From the NCBI GenBank assembly GCA_964016885.1, contig OZ024748.1, positions 45,508,001 through 45,572,000 of the forward strand: a stretch of 64,000 bases of DNA. Direction: 5' to 3'. Made by a program: the position numbers and the translations under genes. Position 1 is the stretch's first letter. Each line of letters starts with the position of its first letter. This document shows positions 42,268 to 56,417 of the stretch, piece after piece. The stretch comes from Eledone cirrhosa. Taxonomy: Eukaryota. Under the pieces are notes generated by a model that saw only the letters and a list, made by a program, of their open reading frames with translations, searched no databases and had not been told where the DNA came from.

Positions 42268-43460
42268 AAATGGAAAAAATGAAACGAAAGTTCATTTCTC
42301 ACTCATAGTAAGGCAGTTACTTAAATGTAAGTATGTATGTATACGTACATACATATATGTATACATACGTACAGTAGTATGCATATATATACATACATGT
42401 ATACAGACGTACAGTAGTATGTACATATATAAATACATGTACACATATATATATACGTACGTATCGGTTTACCGAACATTTATTATAATGTTCGGTTTGT
42501 TTGTAAACAAACAGCCCGAATTAAGCCGTACAGTGTTTAACAACCATCGTTGCCCATTTGTTCAACACTGACAAAGGAACGATGTACTAGTTTCAAGCTT
42601 ATTAGCTATCGTCAGCATCCTATACCTTCCTGCCAGATGATTGAAGGTCGGAAAATATATACTTTCCTTATGCATATTAACGGCTGAGTATATTAACGAT
42701 AGCTAATAACTTGAAACTAGTACATCGTTCCTTTGTCAGTGTTGAACAAAAGGGCAACGATGGTTACTAAACACTGTACGGCTTAATTCGGGCTGTTTGT
42801 ATACAAACAAACCGAACATTATAATAAATGTTCGGTAAACCGATACGTACGTATATATATATGTGTACATGTATGTATATATGTACATACTACTGTAAGT
42901 CTGTATACATGTATGAATATATATGCATACTACTGTACGTATGTATATATATATATATGTATGTACGTATACATACATACTTACATTTAAGTAACTGCCA
43001 TACTAAGAGTGAGAAATGAAATTTCGTTTCATTTTTTCCATTTATCGTTTTCGGTCCGCCCGGCCGACTAAACTCACTCGATATACAAATTAGGCTGCTC
43101 AGCCGTTAATATACATAAAGAAAGTATATACTTTCCGACGTTCAATCATCTGGCAGGAAGGTATAGGATGCTGACGATAGCCAATAAGCTTGAAACTAGT
43201 ACATCGTTCCTTTGTCAGTGTTGAACAAAAGGGCAACGATGGTTGCTAAACACTGTACGGCTTAATTCGGGCTGTTTGTTTACAAACAAACCGAACATTA
43301 TAATAAATGTTCGGTAAACCGATACGTACATATATATATATATATGTGTACATGTATGTATATATGTACATACTACTGTACGTCTGTATACATGTATGTA
43401 TATATATGCATACTACTGTACGTCTGTATACATATATGTATGTACGTATACATACATACT

Positions 43461-43465
<5 letters not shown>
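42268..43465. mobile_element. Family F retrozyme/pLTR-like array: one inverted plus two tandem ~479-bp units
   Basis: Intact HHRs gatg-CTGACGA-tagc(c/t)aataagctt-GAAA-ctag-TA-catc at 42581-42619 (-) and 43167-43205 (+); truncated copy at 42697-42726. Confidence 0.9.
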
Positions 43466-43506
<41 letters not shown>

Positions 43507-43508
<2 letters not shown>

Positions 43509-43699
43509 AACGATTAGGACCCCGACGGCTGAGCGCAAGCCATTTCAACGGCTAATTCTGGACAGTCCAGAATTAGCCGTCGAAATGACTTCAGCTCAGC
43601 CGTCGGGGTCCTACTCGTTCCTATTACCCACTCTACTACTCTAAGTATTGAGTACTTTGGTGCGTTATGGTCCATCTGGTTCCTTACCACATTTCCTTC

Positions 43700-43700
<1 letters not shown>
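43507..43700. mobile_element. Family A palindromic element
   Basis: Arms joined as ctggac-a-gtccag; tail ends at (TA)n. Confidence 0.88.
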
Positions 43701-43764
<64 letters not shown>

Positions 43765-43959
43765 AACAAACATAAAATAGAACAACTAGTCACTGAACAT
43801 ATATAATATAGAGTACTAAAAGGTTTACACCTAGCTACACAACATACAGTATAAAGAAAGTGCTTAAGCGCAGAAATGCTATAAACAGCTCATAAAATCG
43901 GGGGAAGACCATTAAAAGACGGAAAGAGAAGTTGCCACCGGCCGCTATGTGGTAATATA

Positions 43960-44078
<119 letters not shown>

Positions 44079-44100
44079 ATATATATTCACACATATATAT

Positions 44101-44734
44101 TTTCCTCCGCTGTGACCCGTCTTTTTCATTCTTACTGCTTCCTCTTTCTCTGTATCTCTCACTTCCTTTTACCCCCTCTACCAGTCACTCTCTCTGTTAG
44201 CCTCTTCCTCACCTTTCCCTCACTCACTCTCTGCTACTCCTTCTCCCACTTCTTCCCGTTTAACCTGTGCGAAATTCTTTCCTCACGCACACTTTGACCA
44301 GGTTGGTTGTTCCTTTATTTTCTCTCTCGTCTACGATTTCACAGAACTTATGTTCACCAAATTCAGGGACTAGATCCCTTCTTCCTCCCGTTTGACCTGT
44401 GCGAAATTCTTTCCTTGCTCACATTTCGACTAGGTTTGATGGTCTTTATTCTCTCTCGTCCACGATTTCACAGAACTCATATTTCATCGATTTCTGGGAC
44501 TTGACTCCTTCTTCCTCACTTTTCGTTGCATTACCATCTTTGATTGTTTACAGTCTCGCTCGTTCCCCTTATTTACGTGTCCCAACGACTTTCTTTAGCC
44601 GTTGCTCGCACCAACCGGAGGTATATGGTCTTTAAAGCGATGAAATACCAATGAAGGTTGGAAGATCACTGATGAAGGACTAAATTTATTCATATGTAAC
44701 CCATTTGCAACCACGCAGCACGTCTTGTTTTCCT

Positions 44735-44738
<4 letters not shown>
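44101..44738 (+). mobile_element. Family E element with internal ~125-bp tandem duplication
   Basis: Pyrimidine-rich leader, duplicated cctgtgcgaaattctttcct...cacagaact block, homologous to the minus strand of 8520-8810. Confidence 0.72.
44611..44681 (+). ncRNA. Candidate non-circularly permuted hammerhead ribozyme with kink-turn
   Basis: ccaacc-gGA-ggta-TA-tggtc-tttaaagcgat-GAAA-tacc-aatGAa-ggttgg-aa-gatca-CTGATGA-aggac; helices covary with the copies at 8.5-8.9 kb. Confidence 0.68.
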
Positions 44739-44825
<87 letters not shown>

Positions 44826-44852
44826 CATAAACATTTAAACTGGCATTCCGTC

Positions 44853-44895
<43 letters not shown>

Positions 44896-44899
44896 TATG

Positions 44900-45026
<127 letters not shown>

Positions 45027-45035
45027 ATATATATA

Positions 45036-45094
<59 letters not shown>

Positions 45095-45204
45095 CTGGCA
45101 TTCCGTCGTCGTATATATATAGATATATATATATACGACGGAATGCCAGTTTAAATGTATATGTATGTATAATATGTATATATATATATAACTGGCATTC
45201 CGTC

Positions 45205-45259
<55 letters not shown>

Positions 45260-45324
45260 TATATATATATACATATACGAAGGAATACCAGTTTAAATGT
45301 ATATGTATCTATAATATATATATA

Positions 45325-46059
45325 TACAAATATAAATTACCGAGAATCGTATTTCGGCTATTGGAAATTAGCGAAAAACAACTTCCGAGATGTGTGGCAA
45401 GCGCTCAATGATTCAGATGAACCAGAGCTACAACATACGTTAAAGGCCAAACACACTGAGACGATGGTTAAACCGTCATCCGCACAACCGTAGAAACGAC
45501 CAAGTAATTCGGGTCAACCAAATAAAAAAATGTGATTGAAAAATTTACCCGGAGCCCTGGATGGTTGGTAAAATCCAGCATTTGGGTTTCTGCGACTCCT
45601 AAATCAAGTACTGTCCGCTTAAACAAATAATGTTAAGCTTTTGGTAAGATGATTGAACAAGGAAGTCACTTTCTCAACAGGTTTTAGTTCAAGTGCCAGG
45701 CCAAGGACTGACCGTTACCAATACCCACGTGGGGCTCGGCAAGGGAGGCAACCCTTATTTTTGGCGGAAGAATTCAGTGTGTAATATTGCAAAATTGCAA
45801 AATATCACAAAACGAATTAAATTCTAAACAGAATGGTTTTAAAGTTAACAAAAGCTATTCATCAGTCAATAGAATCAACTAAAAAAAATCAAGAAAATTA
45901 ACTGGTCAATAGCTAGACTCTGGAGATTAATACAAATATAAATTACCAAGAATCGTATTTAGGCTATTGGAAATTAGCGAAAAACAACTTCCGAGATGTG
46001 TGGCAAGCGCTCAATAAATTCTAACGAACCAGAGCTACAACATACGTTAAAAGGCCAAA
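45325..46059. repeat. ~125-bp direct repeats flanking a ~480-bp unique core
   Basis: tacaaatataaattacc...acatacgttaaaggccaaa at 45325-45451 and 45930-46059. Confidence 0.8.
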
Positions 46060-46285
46060 TGTGTTATATATAGAAGGTGTCCCCAATACATACACACACA
46101 CACATATATATATATGTTATATAAATGTAATCTAAGTTTTTTTAATATTAATAATAATATTCGATTCGTTTGTAATTATGCAAACAGCCTCTTTTATAAG
46201 CCATGTCAGTAGAATGAGCCCCTCATTCTCGCTTTTGTGTTGGCATGCAAACAGAACTGTAGATCGATAACTAATTGTTATATGC

Positions 46286-46327
<42 letters not shown>

Positions 46328-46645
46328 CACATAGAACACAGCTCTATGTGGTACTTACAATGTATCACATAGCATACCCTCGAACCTTCTCAGGTTGAGA
46401 CAACATACGTGAATTGTATATAAAAATAACACTATTACATACTGCACACGTATGTAGAATACCCGAGAACTTACACACATGTAGATCACTTATAAAAGAA
46501 TAGAACTTCTATAGACCTAACACATACAACACATAGAATAGACAAACACACAAACACACAGACATTAAGATATCACAGCACATAGCTTAAATGTGCTCAC
46601 AGCTACGTTTGGTTGTCTAAAGAAAGCAAGTAATAAAAATATATG

Positions 46646-46696
<51 letters not shown>

Positions 46697-46706
46697 GCTG
46701 CTGCTG

Positions 46707-46765
<59 letters not shown>

Positions 46766-47341
46766 GATGATGATGATTATGATAAAATTTTGCATAAAAT
46801 TAATTAAACTTTTTCTATTAGAAGAAAAAAAAAATAATGTAGTTTCCAAGTGTTTATTTTTTCTGCTGTAAAATTTCCAGCCATCCTATTATATTTAATT
46901 AACCCTATTATATTTAATTAACACGTCCAAGAGTAGTTAATTGCTACTTAAGTTGATTAAGACAAGTGTTTTTAAAATGTGTTGTGTAACATTTTTATAG
47001 AGACTGAGCCGAATATATATTTCTGCCGTCTCATATCTAAATATTGATTCGATTGTGATTTCTTACAATAACTTTTACAATATTCTTTCATTCTTTTTTT
47101 CGTTTTTTTTTTAATTGTTCAATTAGTAAACTGCTGCCATGCTACAGCACCGCCTTAAAGTGATTTTTGAAGTGATTTTTGTCTATTATATCGAACCCAA
47201 GGGCTTATTTTATAATCGATCTGTTTTTGGCAAACTGCAAAATTATAGGTCATAAACGCAGGCAGAGACATGATAACAAAGGACCCATACATACTTACAT
47301 ATATATGTATATATCCATACATGCATATATATATATAGGTT

Positions 47342-47381
<40 letters not shown>

Positions 47382-47383
47382 TT

Positions 47384-47423
<40 letters not shown>

Positions 47424-47462
47424 ATTCTCTCTCTCTCTATATATATATATGTATACATATAT

Positions 47463-47506
<44 letters not shown>

Positions 47507-47525
47507 GAATATATATATATATAAA

Positions 47526-47690
<165 letters not shown>

Positions 47691-48131
47691 GTATGTATGT
47701 ATGTATATGTGTGTGTGTATGGGTGTGTGTAATCTGAGAAAGATCGTGGAATTGATGAGGGATTTCAAGACTAGAAACAGATAGCGACGTAACCACTACC
47801 TACTACTTGATGTATCAATTAACCCTGTGAAACGATCGTAAAAATAATGAACTAATTAATTATCTATCACTGACTTTCGGTCTATCTTAATTGTTCAATA
47901 CAAACAATCACACAAATATACACACACACACACATTTTTATATATAGATATAAGTAATATATATACATATAGATATATATACGTATAGATAATATATATA
48001 CATATAGATATAAGTAATCACATATATATGAGTATATATATGAGTATATACATAAATGTATATATATATATTTGTGTGTGTGTGTGTGTGTACATATATA
48101 TGTATGTATAGATATATATTTATATATATAT

Positions 48132-48188
<57 letters not shown>

Positions 48189-48473
48189 AGGTGTACATAG
48201 CAAGATGGTGGAACGTCAGAAAAATCTATAGTTATTTGCTGTTAGCTGTCGAGTAATTATTGTGTTTGATCTAATGATATTGATAACTAAACAATTAGCG
48301 TTGTATTGACAGGAGTAAATGTTCAAAGAAGCGATTTATAATGTACATTTTTATATTAAGTACAAACAGTGGTAAACAAAACGGCCGCCATTTTCTTCTT
48401 GTTTGTCTTTTTGTGTATGTCAGTCTTTCTGTGTGTTTGTATTTATATGCGTGGCTATATTGATACGTTCTTT

Positions 48474-48540
<67 letters not shown>

Positions 48541-48541
<1 letters not shown>

Positions 48542-49573
48542 ACACACTGAGTGTGCCCAGGCGCTCACCGCCCTCTGGCAGGCGGACCCGGTTATCAGTG
48601 GAGACTCCACCGCAACATTCTATAGAGGGCTGGTACGCAGCAGGTGCGACGACGCCCTCGGAGAAGCCCTAGACATGGAGGTGGACGAACTGGCCAGCCT
48701 GTTCGGTAGGACATTCAGCCCGGGACCTATGGACAACTTCCAGAAGTCCCTGGCCTGGCAGTGCTACCGAGGAGCTTTACCCGTTCGAGAAAGGCTCTAC
48801 AGACACGGGCGTCCGGGTAGGCACCCCGCCAAAAAGATCTGTCCCAGATGCGTGTGCGACGAGGAAACCGTTGCACACGCATTGGTACACTGCTCGGGCG
48901 TAGCCGATCTGTGGGGCTATGTCGAACAACTGCTGTCAAGGGTGGGACCGATCCGGTTGACCACCGAGTCTTTTGTAATGATCAAGCCGCCTCCCCCCTT
49001 CAAAGATGAAGCAGAGGCGGTGTTTCTGTGCGTAATAGCCATGGCGAAAGAGGTTGTATGGTGGACGCGTCTGAAAGGACTGAGGTCAGGCACCTTTCTC
49101 TCTGGCCAACAACTGGTCCGTTTCTTCCGATATCATTTCGGAAGAAGGATCAGGATGGAGAGAGAGGTGCTGCACCCCAGTCGTTTTTATGAAAGGTGGG
49201 TGAAAGTGGCGAGAATGGCCCGTGTGAATGGGCCTTCTCTTTACATAAGCCTGTAGGTGGAAAAGAGGAAGGAACGAGGGAGCACCCCCTCTCTGTGCTC
49301 CTGAGGAAAAGGGTTGCACACTTTTTTCGGGGGTGTGTGCGACCCCCCAAGGCGCCTCCTCTCTATTGAGGATTTTGTTATAAATTTTATATTTTGTTAT
49401 ATTTTATAACAAAATCCTCTATTGAGGATTTTGTTATAATTCTATTTTTTGTTATATTTTATTTTATTTTTATATATTGTTATTGCCTCCTCCTTATTGA
49501 GGACGCCTTGTTTTGTAAACTCCCCCCATTGTACTTGTCCCACTTTTGATGCCCTTGTGGCAAATAAAAGAAA
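48541..49573 (+). mobile_element. Tx1/L1-type non-LTR retrotransposon 3' fragment inserted in (TATC)n
   Basis: ORF2 C-terminus, 3' UTR ending gcaaataaaagaaa, (TATC)n on both sides. Confidence 0.88.
48675..49256 (+). pseudogene. LINE ORF2 C-terminal zf-RVT region
   Basis: LAWQCYRGALPVRERL...CPRCVCDEETVAHALVHC...AKEVVWWTR. Confidence 0.88.
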
Positions 49574-49655
49574 CATATCTATCTATATATCTATCTATCT
49601 ATCTACCTATTTATCTATCCATCCATCTATATATCCATCTATCTATCTATATAAA

Positions 49656-49906
49656 CCTGTAGGTTGAGGAAGACAAACAGAGAGAAGACGGGAACACCTA
49701 CAAAACGTGTTCCTGGTTTTGAGGGTTGTTCTATCCACGGGGTGTAAAACAACCCCGCAGTAATGTTCCCTCTATTGTGTATTTCGATTGTTTTATTTTG
49801 TATATAGTTTATTGTTATTCATCATTGTTAAAATTTTTATGTAAAACCCCCGCCGTCACGTCTTGTAATGTCCCATTTCTGTACGCCCCTGTGGCAAATA
49901 AAGAAA
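49656..49906 (+). mobile_element. Second, diverged Tx1-type 3' UTR ending at (TATC)n
   Basis: Begins cctgtaggttga and ends gcccctgtggcaaataaagaaaga-tatctatc, paralleling 49251-49573. Confidence 0.75.
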
Positions 49907-49976
49907 GATATCTATCTATCTATCTATCTGTATATTTATTTATCTGCCTATTTGTGTGCTTGTCTGTGTATCCATG

Positions 49977-50009
<33 letters not shown>

Positions 50010-50011
50010 AT

Positions 50012-50080
<69 letters not shown>

Positions 50081-50260
50081 AATGAAGTAATTCCATCGGA
50101 AAAGTCCAGGAAAAAAGAGTGCTCTATGTAAGCAACAGAGCTTAATTATTATTAAGGATTAAACCAGGATTTTTCATTCTGAGGATTGAAAGCAAAACCT
50201 TTTGCTTTTAAGAAACCACTGGTAAATGGAATAATTGCCTTATGTTGTTTATTACATAAT

Positions 50261-50296
<36 letters not shown>

Positions 50297-50469
50297 AAAT
50301 AACGGAGCAAAGGACTCGCGTATAATCCTGCAATTAAATGAGTTCAAAGGAAAGAGTTTTCCTGGGCACTTTAAAATACCATATATAGAGTGGAAAGACA
50401 GAAGAGTGTATTTTTCTTTACAGGAATTTCAAACCATCAGCGTGTGGTTTGAAATTCCTGTAAAAACTC

Positions 50470-50745
50470 CGTTTATCGTTTTCGGTGCACCCGGCCGATT
50501 AACCCACTCGATATGCAAATTGGGCTACTCAGCTGTTAATATGCATAAGGTAAGTATATACGTTCAACAATCTGGCAGGAAGGTATACGTTGCTGACGAT
50601 AGCTAATAAGCTTGAAACTAGTACAGCGTTCCTTTGTCAGTGTTGAACAAACGAGCAACGATGGTTGCTAGACACTACGGCTTAATACGGGATGTTTGTT
50701 TACAAACACACCGAGCATTATAATAAATGTTCGGTGAATCCATAC

Positions 50746-50796
<51 letters not shown>

Positions 50797-50925
50797 CATG
50801 TATGTATATATATATACATACTACTGTACGTCTGTATACATATATGTATGTACGCGTACATACTTATATTTAAGTAACAGCCGTACTAAGAGTAGGAAAT
50901 GAAATTTCGTTTCATTTTTTCCGTT
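50470..50925 (+). mobile_element. Family F single unit with intact hammerhead (50589-50627)
   Basis: gttg-CTGACGA-tagctaataagctt-GAAA-ctag-TA-cagc; stem I pairing is retained despite substitutions. Confidence 0.88.
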
Positions 50926-50931
50926 TATATA

Positions 50932-50988
<57 letters not shown>

Positions 50989-51388
50989 GTATGTATGCAT
51001 ACATAAATACACACATACTTGCATACGTAACTATCAAAATTTTCAGAGGTGTGTCTGGTTTTAAATGTTCGTATGTATATATAGCGTATGTATATGTAAC
51101 GTATGTATATGTAGCGTATGTATATGTAACGTATGTATATGTAGTGTATGTATAATATGTTGGCGTGTGAGAACGTATGATTCCATAGTGTCAACAAGTC
51201 CCTTTTGATTCCTATGAACAGAATAGTGAAGTGTTAGCCAAGATATTTACTATGTCTAGGCCCCAGGGTGTAATTAAATCTGTCTATTTATTGTCTCATG
51301 ATAGTTTTACTACGGTAACCGCACGTGTTGTCACAGCATCTCTCACAGAGCGGATAATTAAACCGATAATGTATGATTACAACAACAA

Positions 51389-51484
<96 letters not shown>

Positions 51485-51555
51485 CTTCAACAGTAGCAAT
51501 AATAGTAACCACAACAATAACAACAGCATTAAAAATAATTTTTTAATTTAAGAAG

Positions 51556-52060
51556 ATGGCTCTCATTTTTGGAGGAGAGGAAAGTCGTTTAAATCGATCC
51601 CAGTGTATTACGAATGTATGGCGTCTGGCGCTCTACCGATTCTGCCAGACCATAATGATAATAATAATAATTGTTTCTACTTTTGGCACAAGGCCAGCAA
51701 TTATTCCAGGGTATTACTGGTATTTTATTTTATCGACTCCGTAATGATGAAAGGCAAAGTTAATCTCGGCGGGATTTGAACTCAGTCCGTAAAGGGACGT
51801 AACTGTGCTGCAAAGCATGGCGTCCGACGCTCTACCGATACTTGGTTTCTGACTTCGGCAGAGGGCCAACAATTTTTGGGAAGGGCAAAGTCGTTTAAAT
51901 CGACCCCAGTGCATTACTGGTACTTTATTTCATCGACCCCGTAAGGATGAAAGGCAAAGATAACCTCGGCAGGATTTAAACTCAGAACGTAAAGAGCCGT
52001 ATCTCAATGCCATAAAGCATGTTGTCCGACGCTCGACCCTCACTGCCAATCCACCGCTCT
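51556..52060 (-). mobile_element. Tandem tRNA-SINE copies
   Basis: Reverse complement of the 27343 family. Confidence 0.85.
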
Positions 52061-53799
52061 TAGGACAATAATAATAATGATGGTGATTTGTTTTATTGCC
52101 CTCAACACTCACACTAAGTGCCTGATTGGATACCGCATGACATCTCATCCGATACTCCAGCGATTCCACCAACTACCTTTATTTGTCGGCCCCCTAAAAG
52201 AATTCAGAGCCCAGAGAGCTGGGGGTGGATATCTCTTGGTAGTTTGTCCAAATCTCTGAAGAGTTTAATTTTTTATGTAATTTTGTCCTAGTCCTTTTTT
52301 GTATTTTTCAATTCTTGAATAGTACAAAGCAGCACTTGCTAATGTGGCTCTACGTGGTACAGGATGTTAGGAGTTAAATGGTAAGACACTCTCAGGAGTT
52401 CAGAACAGGAGAAGGTCTTCAGAGAAGAAACTCTCTTCAAGTGAGTGTTTCAGCCCTTAACTTCTTACATTCTAAGGGGACTGGGTCGCGTTCAGTTCGT
52501 GACTCCTGGGTGCCCTTCTTCTGACATTTAGACATTCGAATATCAGAGACTTTCTGTGTATTTAAACCATATGGACATTTTCTTGAGAGGATCTAGCTGA
52601 AACGCCTCCCCGTTAATAATTAAACGAAAGGAAAGACAATGGTATACATATGTGGCCGGCCTTAGATTGAAAGGGAATAAGTTTAATATCTCAGAACCCG
52701 AACAAGTAGAGGGCTAGTCCAAGGGTAGAAAGGTTCCCAATACGAAGGTATTGTACACGTAGAAGACTATATCTGGTATGAATGCAGTGTTTTCTTCATT
52801 CTTTCTTGCCATGGAATGTCAGAATATCTAACGATGTATTGATTCTAAATTAGTCTGTATTCACCATCCGCTATACAAGGACAGTCCAAGGACGAAATAC
52901 AAGCTAAAGTCAATATGGTAATAATGGTCATAAATAAACAACAACAACAACAATAATAATACTCGACAAACTGAAGCTATGCATTCACTACCCACGTTTC
53001 GTATTCAAAGTAGCTAAACAGATAATTTTGTTTTTCTTATATTTACTACACAAATAAAAGGAGTATATTTTTTATTATAAACCTATCTTCTGTTAGCTGC
53101 TTCTTGCTCATTTTCCTATCGTCTGCTATCCTGCCTTTTATTCATCACTCTCTCTTCTTTGTTAAATGCCTTTCACCCATTTTTACTTATTCATTAGCTG
53201 CCTTCTTCCTTTCAGCTACTTTCATACACAAGCACGCACGAAAACACAATCAGAAGTGATTTTTCCATTATAGGATGCTTACAATATAAGCGTAGAACAA
53301 TGATAGAATTATAGCTTGAAATAACTGACATTTATTTAAGAACAAATGATTAAATATGGAAGATATTAGACGAGGGGATTAAACGAACAAACACACAATG
53401 AAAATTAAATTAAGAATACAGTAGTAGAGACACTTTCGATCAATATGGAGGAGATAAGTAAGTAATACGACCGAAATAGATTTGGTATTAATGCATTAGA
53501 ATTACCGGTAATAATTTATAGTGTATAGTATAGAAACATTAGATAGTATAGAGGCAGATTATTAAGGTATAATGTGTAGATACATTACTTGTACCAGTAT
53601 AGAGATATAGTGTGGAAACTAACTCAAAAGATCATTTAGATGACTTATGAGGAGATGTAGAAAGCATAATAACAACAACTGGAAAGTATAGATGCCGTAG
53701 AAAGATAGATTCAGGGTATATTTACCGATGATAGAAAGGACCGAGAAAATGGCGCTCAGATTTCCACAAAGTAAAAACCATCATTATCTTTAATATTTA

Positions 53800-53990
53800 A
53801 GGGCGGTCGATTAGCAGTATCGGTAGAGGGTCGGACGCCATGCTTTCCAGCATAGTTACGTCCCTTTACGATCTGAGTTCAAATCCCGCCGAGGTTGACT
53901 TTGCCTTTCATCCTTACGGGGTCGATAAAATAAAGTACCAGTAATGCACTGGTTATTGCTGGCCTTGTGCCTAAAGTAGAAACAATTATC
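53800..53990 (+). mobile_element. tRNA-derived SINE with target duplication
   Basis: attatctttaatattt occurs on both sides. Confidence 0.9.
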
Positions 53991-54052
53991 TTTAATATTT
54001 CATTGGTAGATGTCTGTTTATTATTTTCCACACTTATGTCTATGATTCATAG

Positions 54053-54096
<44 letters not shown>

Positions 54097-54109
54097 AAAT
54101 ATGATAATA

Positions 54110-54179
54110 ATGATGGCTGCGCGTTGCAAATGGTGGTGCATATGAAAAAGTAAGTCCTTCATCAGTGACCCTCCAACCG
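54110..54179 (-). mobile_element. 5'-truncated family E fragment
   Basis: ggttgg-ag-ggtca-CTGATGA-aggacttac...catttgcaac matches 44656-44720. Confidence 0.75.
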
Positions 54180-54257
<78 letters not shown>

Positions 54258-54630
54258 GTAATAATAATACATTTGAAGACTAAAATCCAAAGAGGGCTCG
54301 ATAAGGATAAATATATATCAAATATATAAGAACCGTAGAGCAAATATTTAATAAAATAACAGATTAAAGTTTAAGTAAAGAATCGCTGCTTTCACCCTTA
54401 ACGGGATCTTCTGAAACTAACAAAGTCAATCTCTAAACGCAGAACTGGATATTTCAAAAAACGTTGCAACCGGAGGAAGACAGGAAGACGATACTTTGGT
54501 TCGTGGAAACGTTCCCTGGCAAAGAACGGGAGAAAACGAATATCATACGTCATTAATAGGAGCGGTGAAAAACAATTACGCGCAAAGACAGAACCACGTT
54601 TATGGTATTAAACTTTAATCTGTTATTTTA

Positions 54631-54691
<61 letters not shown>

Positions 54692-54710
54692 TATATATAA
54701 TCATACATAA

Positions 54711-54774
<64 letters not shown>

Positions 54775-54952
54775 AAACATAAATGTATATATGTATATAT
54801 TTATGTTTATATATATATATATAACTATGAATAATAGACATAAGTGTGGAAAGAAGAACATAATAATAAACAGACATCTACCAATCGAATATTAGAGACA
54901 ATGATGGTTTCTATACATATGTATACACACACGCACATACATATACATATAT

Positions 54953-55032
<80 letters not shown>

Positions 55033-55481
55033 GCATATATATACTTACATATTATCATATATATGCATATATATACTTACACATTATCATATATATGCAT
55101 ATATATACTTACACATTATCATATATATGCATATATATACTTACATACTATCACAACCAAATATTTGGCGTTTGGTTGTGATAGTATGTCTCCTTAACAT
55201 AACTAATACAATTTCTTGTTAGATAGTTTCGAAAATAACAGAGGAGAGTTAGATATTAATGTAAATTACAAGCACAGTTAGATATGTTGCCCAGTTTCTA
55301 GATTCTTCGCAGATATTCAGATACATTAAACAAGGACATTTTACATTAAAGACGGTGTAAACAGAGAGAAAAAGATAATGGATAAATGTGAAACTACTTT
55401 TGAACGAAAGTTTTATTAAAGAGAACTAAGAACAATATATAAGGAAGAAGCATTTAAGCAGAGACAGCAGAGACAACAAAG

Positions 55482-55482
<1 letters not shown>

Positions 55483-55513
<31 letters not shown>

Positions 55514-55815
55514 TTTACGTCCCCTTTTCCCTGCTTGCAAGGGTGAGACGGGTCATATTCATCACAGCATCTCTCCACTTGTCACGGTCCTTCGTCATCT
55601 CCTCCGTGAGTTTCAGCGATCTGAAGTCAGCTCTCACCACCTCCGCCCATGTTTTTCGTGGTCTTCCTCTACTGTGTTTTCTTTCTACTGCAATTTCTTG
55701 TCACTTCTTTACCCAGTAGTCATCCTCCATGCGCATCATGTGTTCATACCATCCCAGTCTTCTCTCCTGCACACTACAGTTTATCCCTATTATACCCAGT
55801 TTTGATAAAAGAAAA
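55483..55815 (-). mobile_element. RTE-clade LINE 3' end with (GAT)n tail
   Basis: QERRLGWYEHMMRMEDDYWVKK...GRPRKTWAEVVRADFRSLKLTEEMTKDRDKWRDAV. Confidence 0.88.
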
Positions 55816-56351
55816 CGTAAGAAACCAACTAAGTGCAGGATTGGCAAATACATTAAAATGTTTTGCGGTGTTTGTTTCGGTTCTCTACTCTTTGAGGTTA
55901 ACACCGAGGTTAACTTTGCCTTTCATCCATTCAAGCTCAATAAAAAAAAAGTACCAGCTAAATACTGGGGTTGATTCTTCTTCTATATCTCTTTTTCACT
56001 TCTAATCTCTCACTCAAACACTAAATGTTATCTCGACAAAGTCGTTTCGCCTCCTCATTCCTGGAATCCAAAAGTGTAACCTTATTAATGAACCTCGAAA
56101 GTTTTGACCTGGAGATCACAGTGGCCAGTAACTCGAAGTTGGAGTCTCTTGTGTTAAGAAAAACTAAATATAGCGTGACCCAAACACCACGAGACCATTA
56201 GAAATGTACAAGGGTCGGCTGAAAAGTTCATATGCTGACAAAGATGCTCTCGTGAATTTTTTAACATAGTCCTTGGAGAGAAACAAGGTGGTTATTAATA
56301 AGATTCGAAATTAATGCATACAAGATTTCTCAGTTCTAGTATCACTCCTTC

Positions 56352-56417
<66 letters not shown>

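Noticed and set aside
47805-47845. TTGATGT...GAAA-cgatcg-TA hammerhead-like motif
   Set aside because: It has a palindromic stem III but two core changes and no stem I; too decayed to call.
52130-52800. Possible decayed LINE coding fragment
   Set aside because: No motif could be read confidently in any frame without a search.
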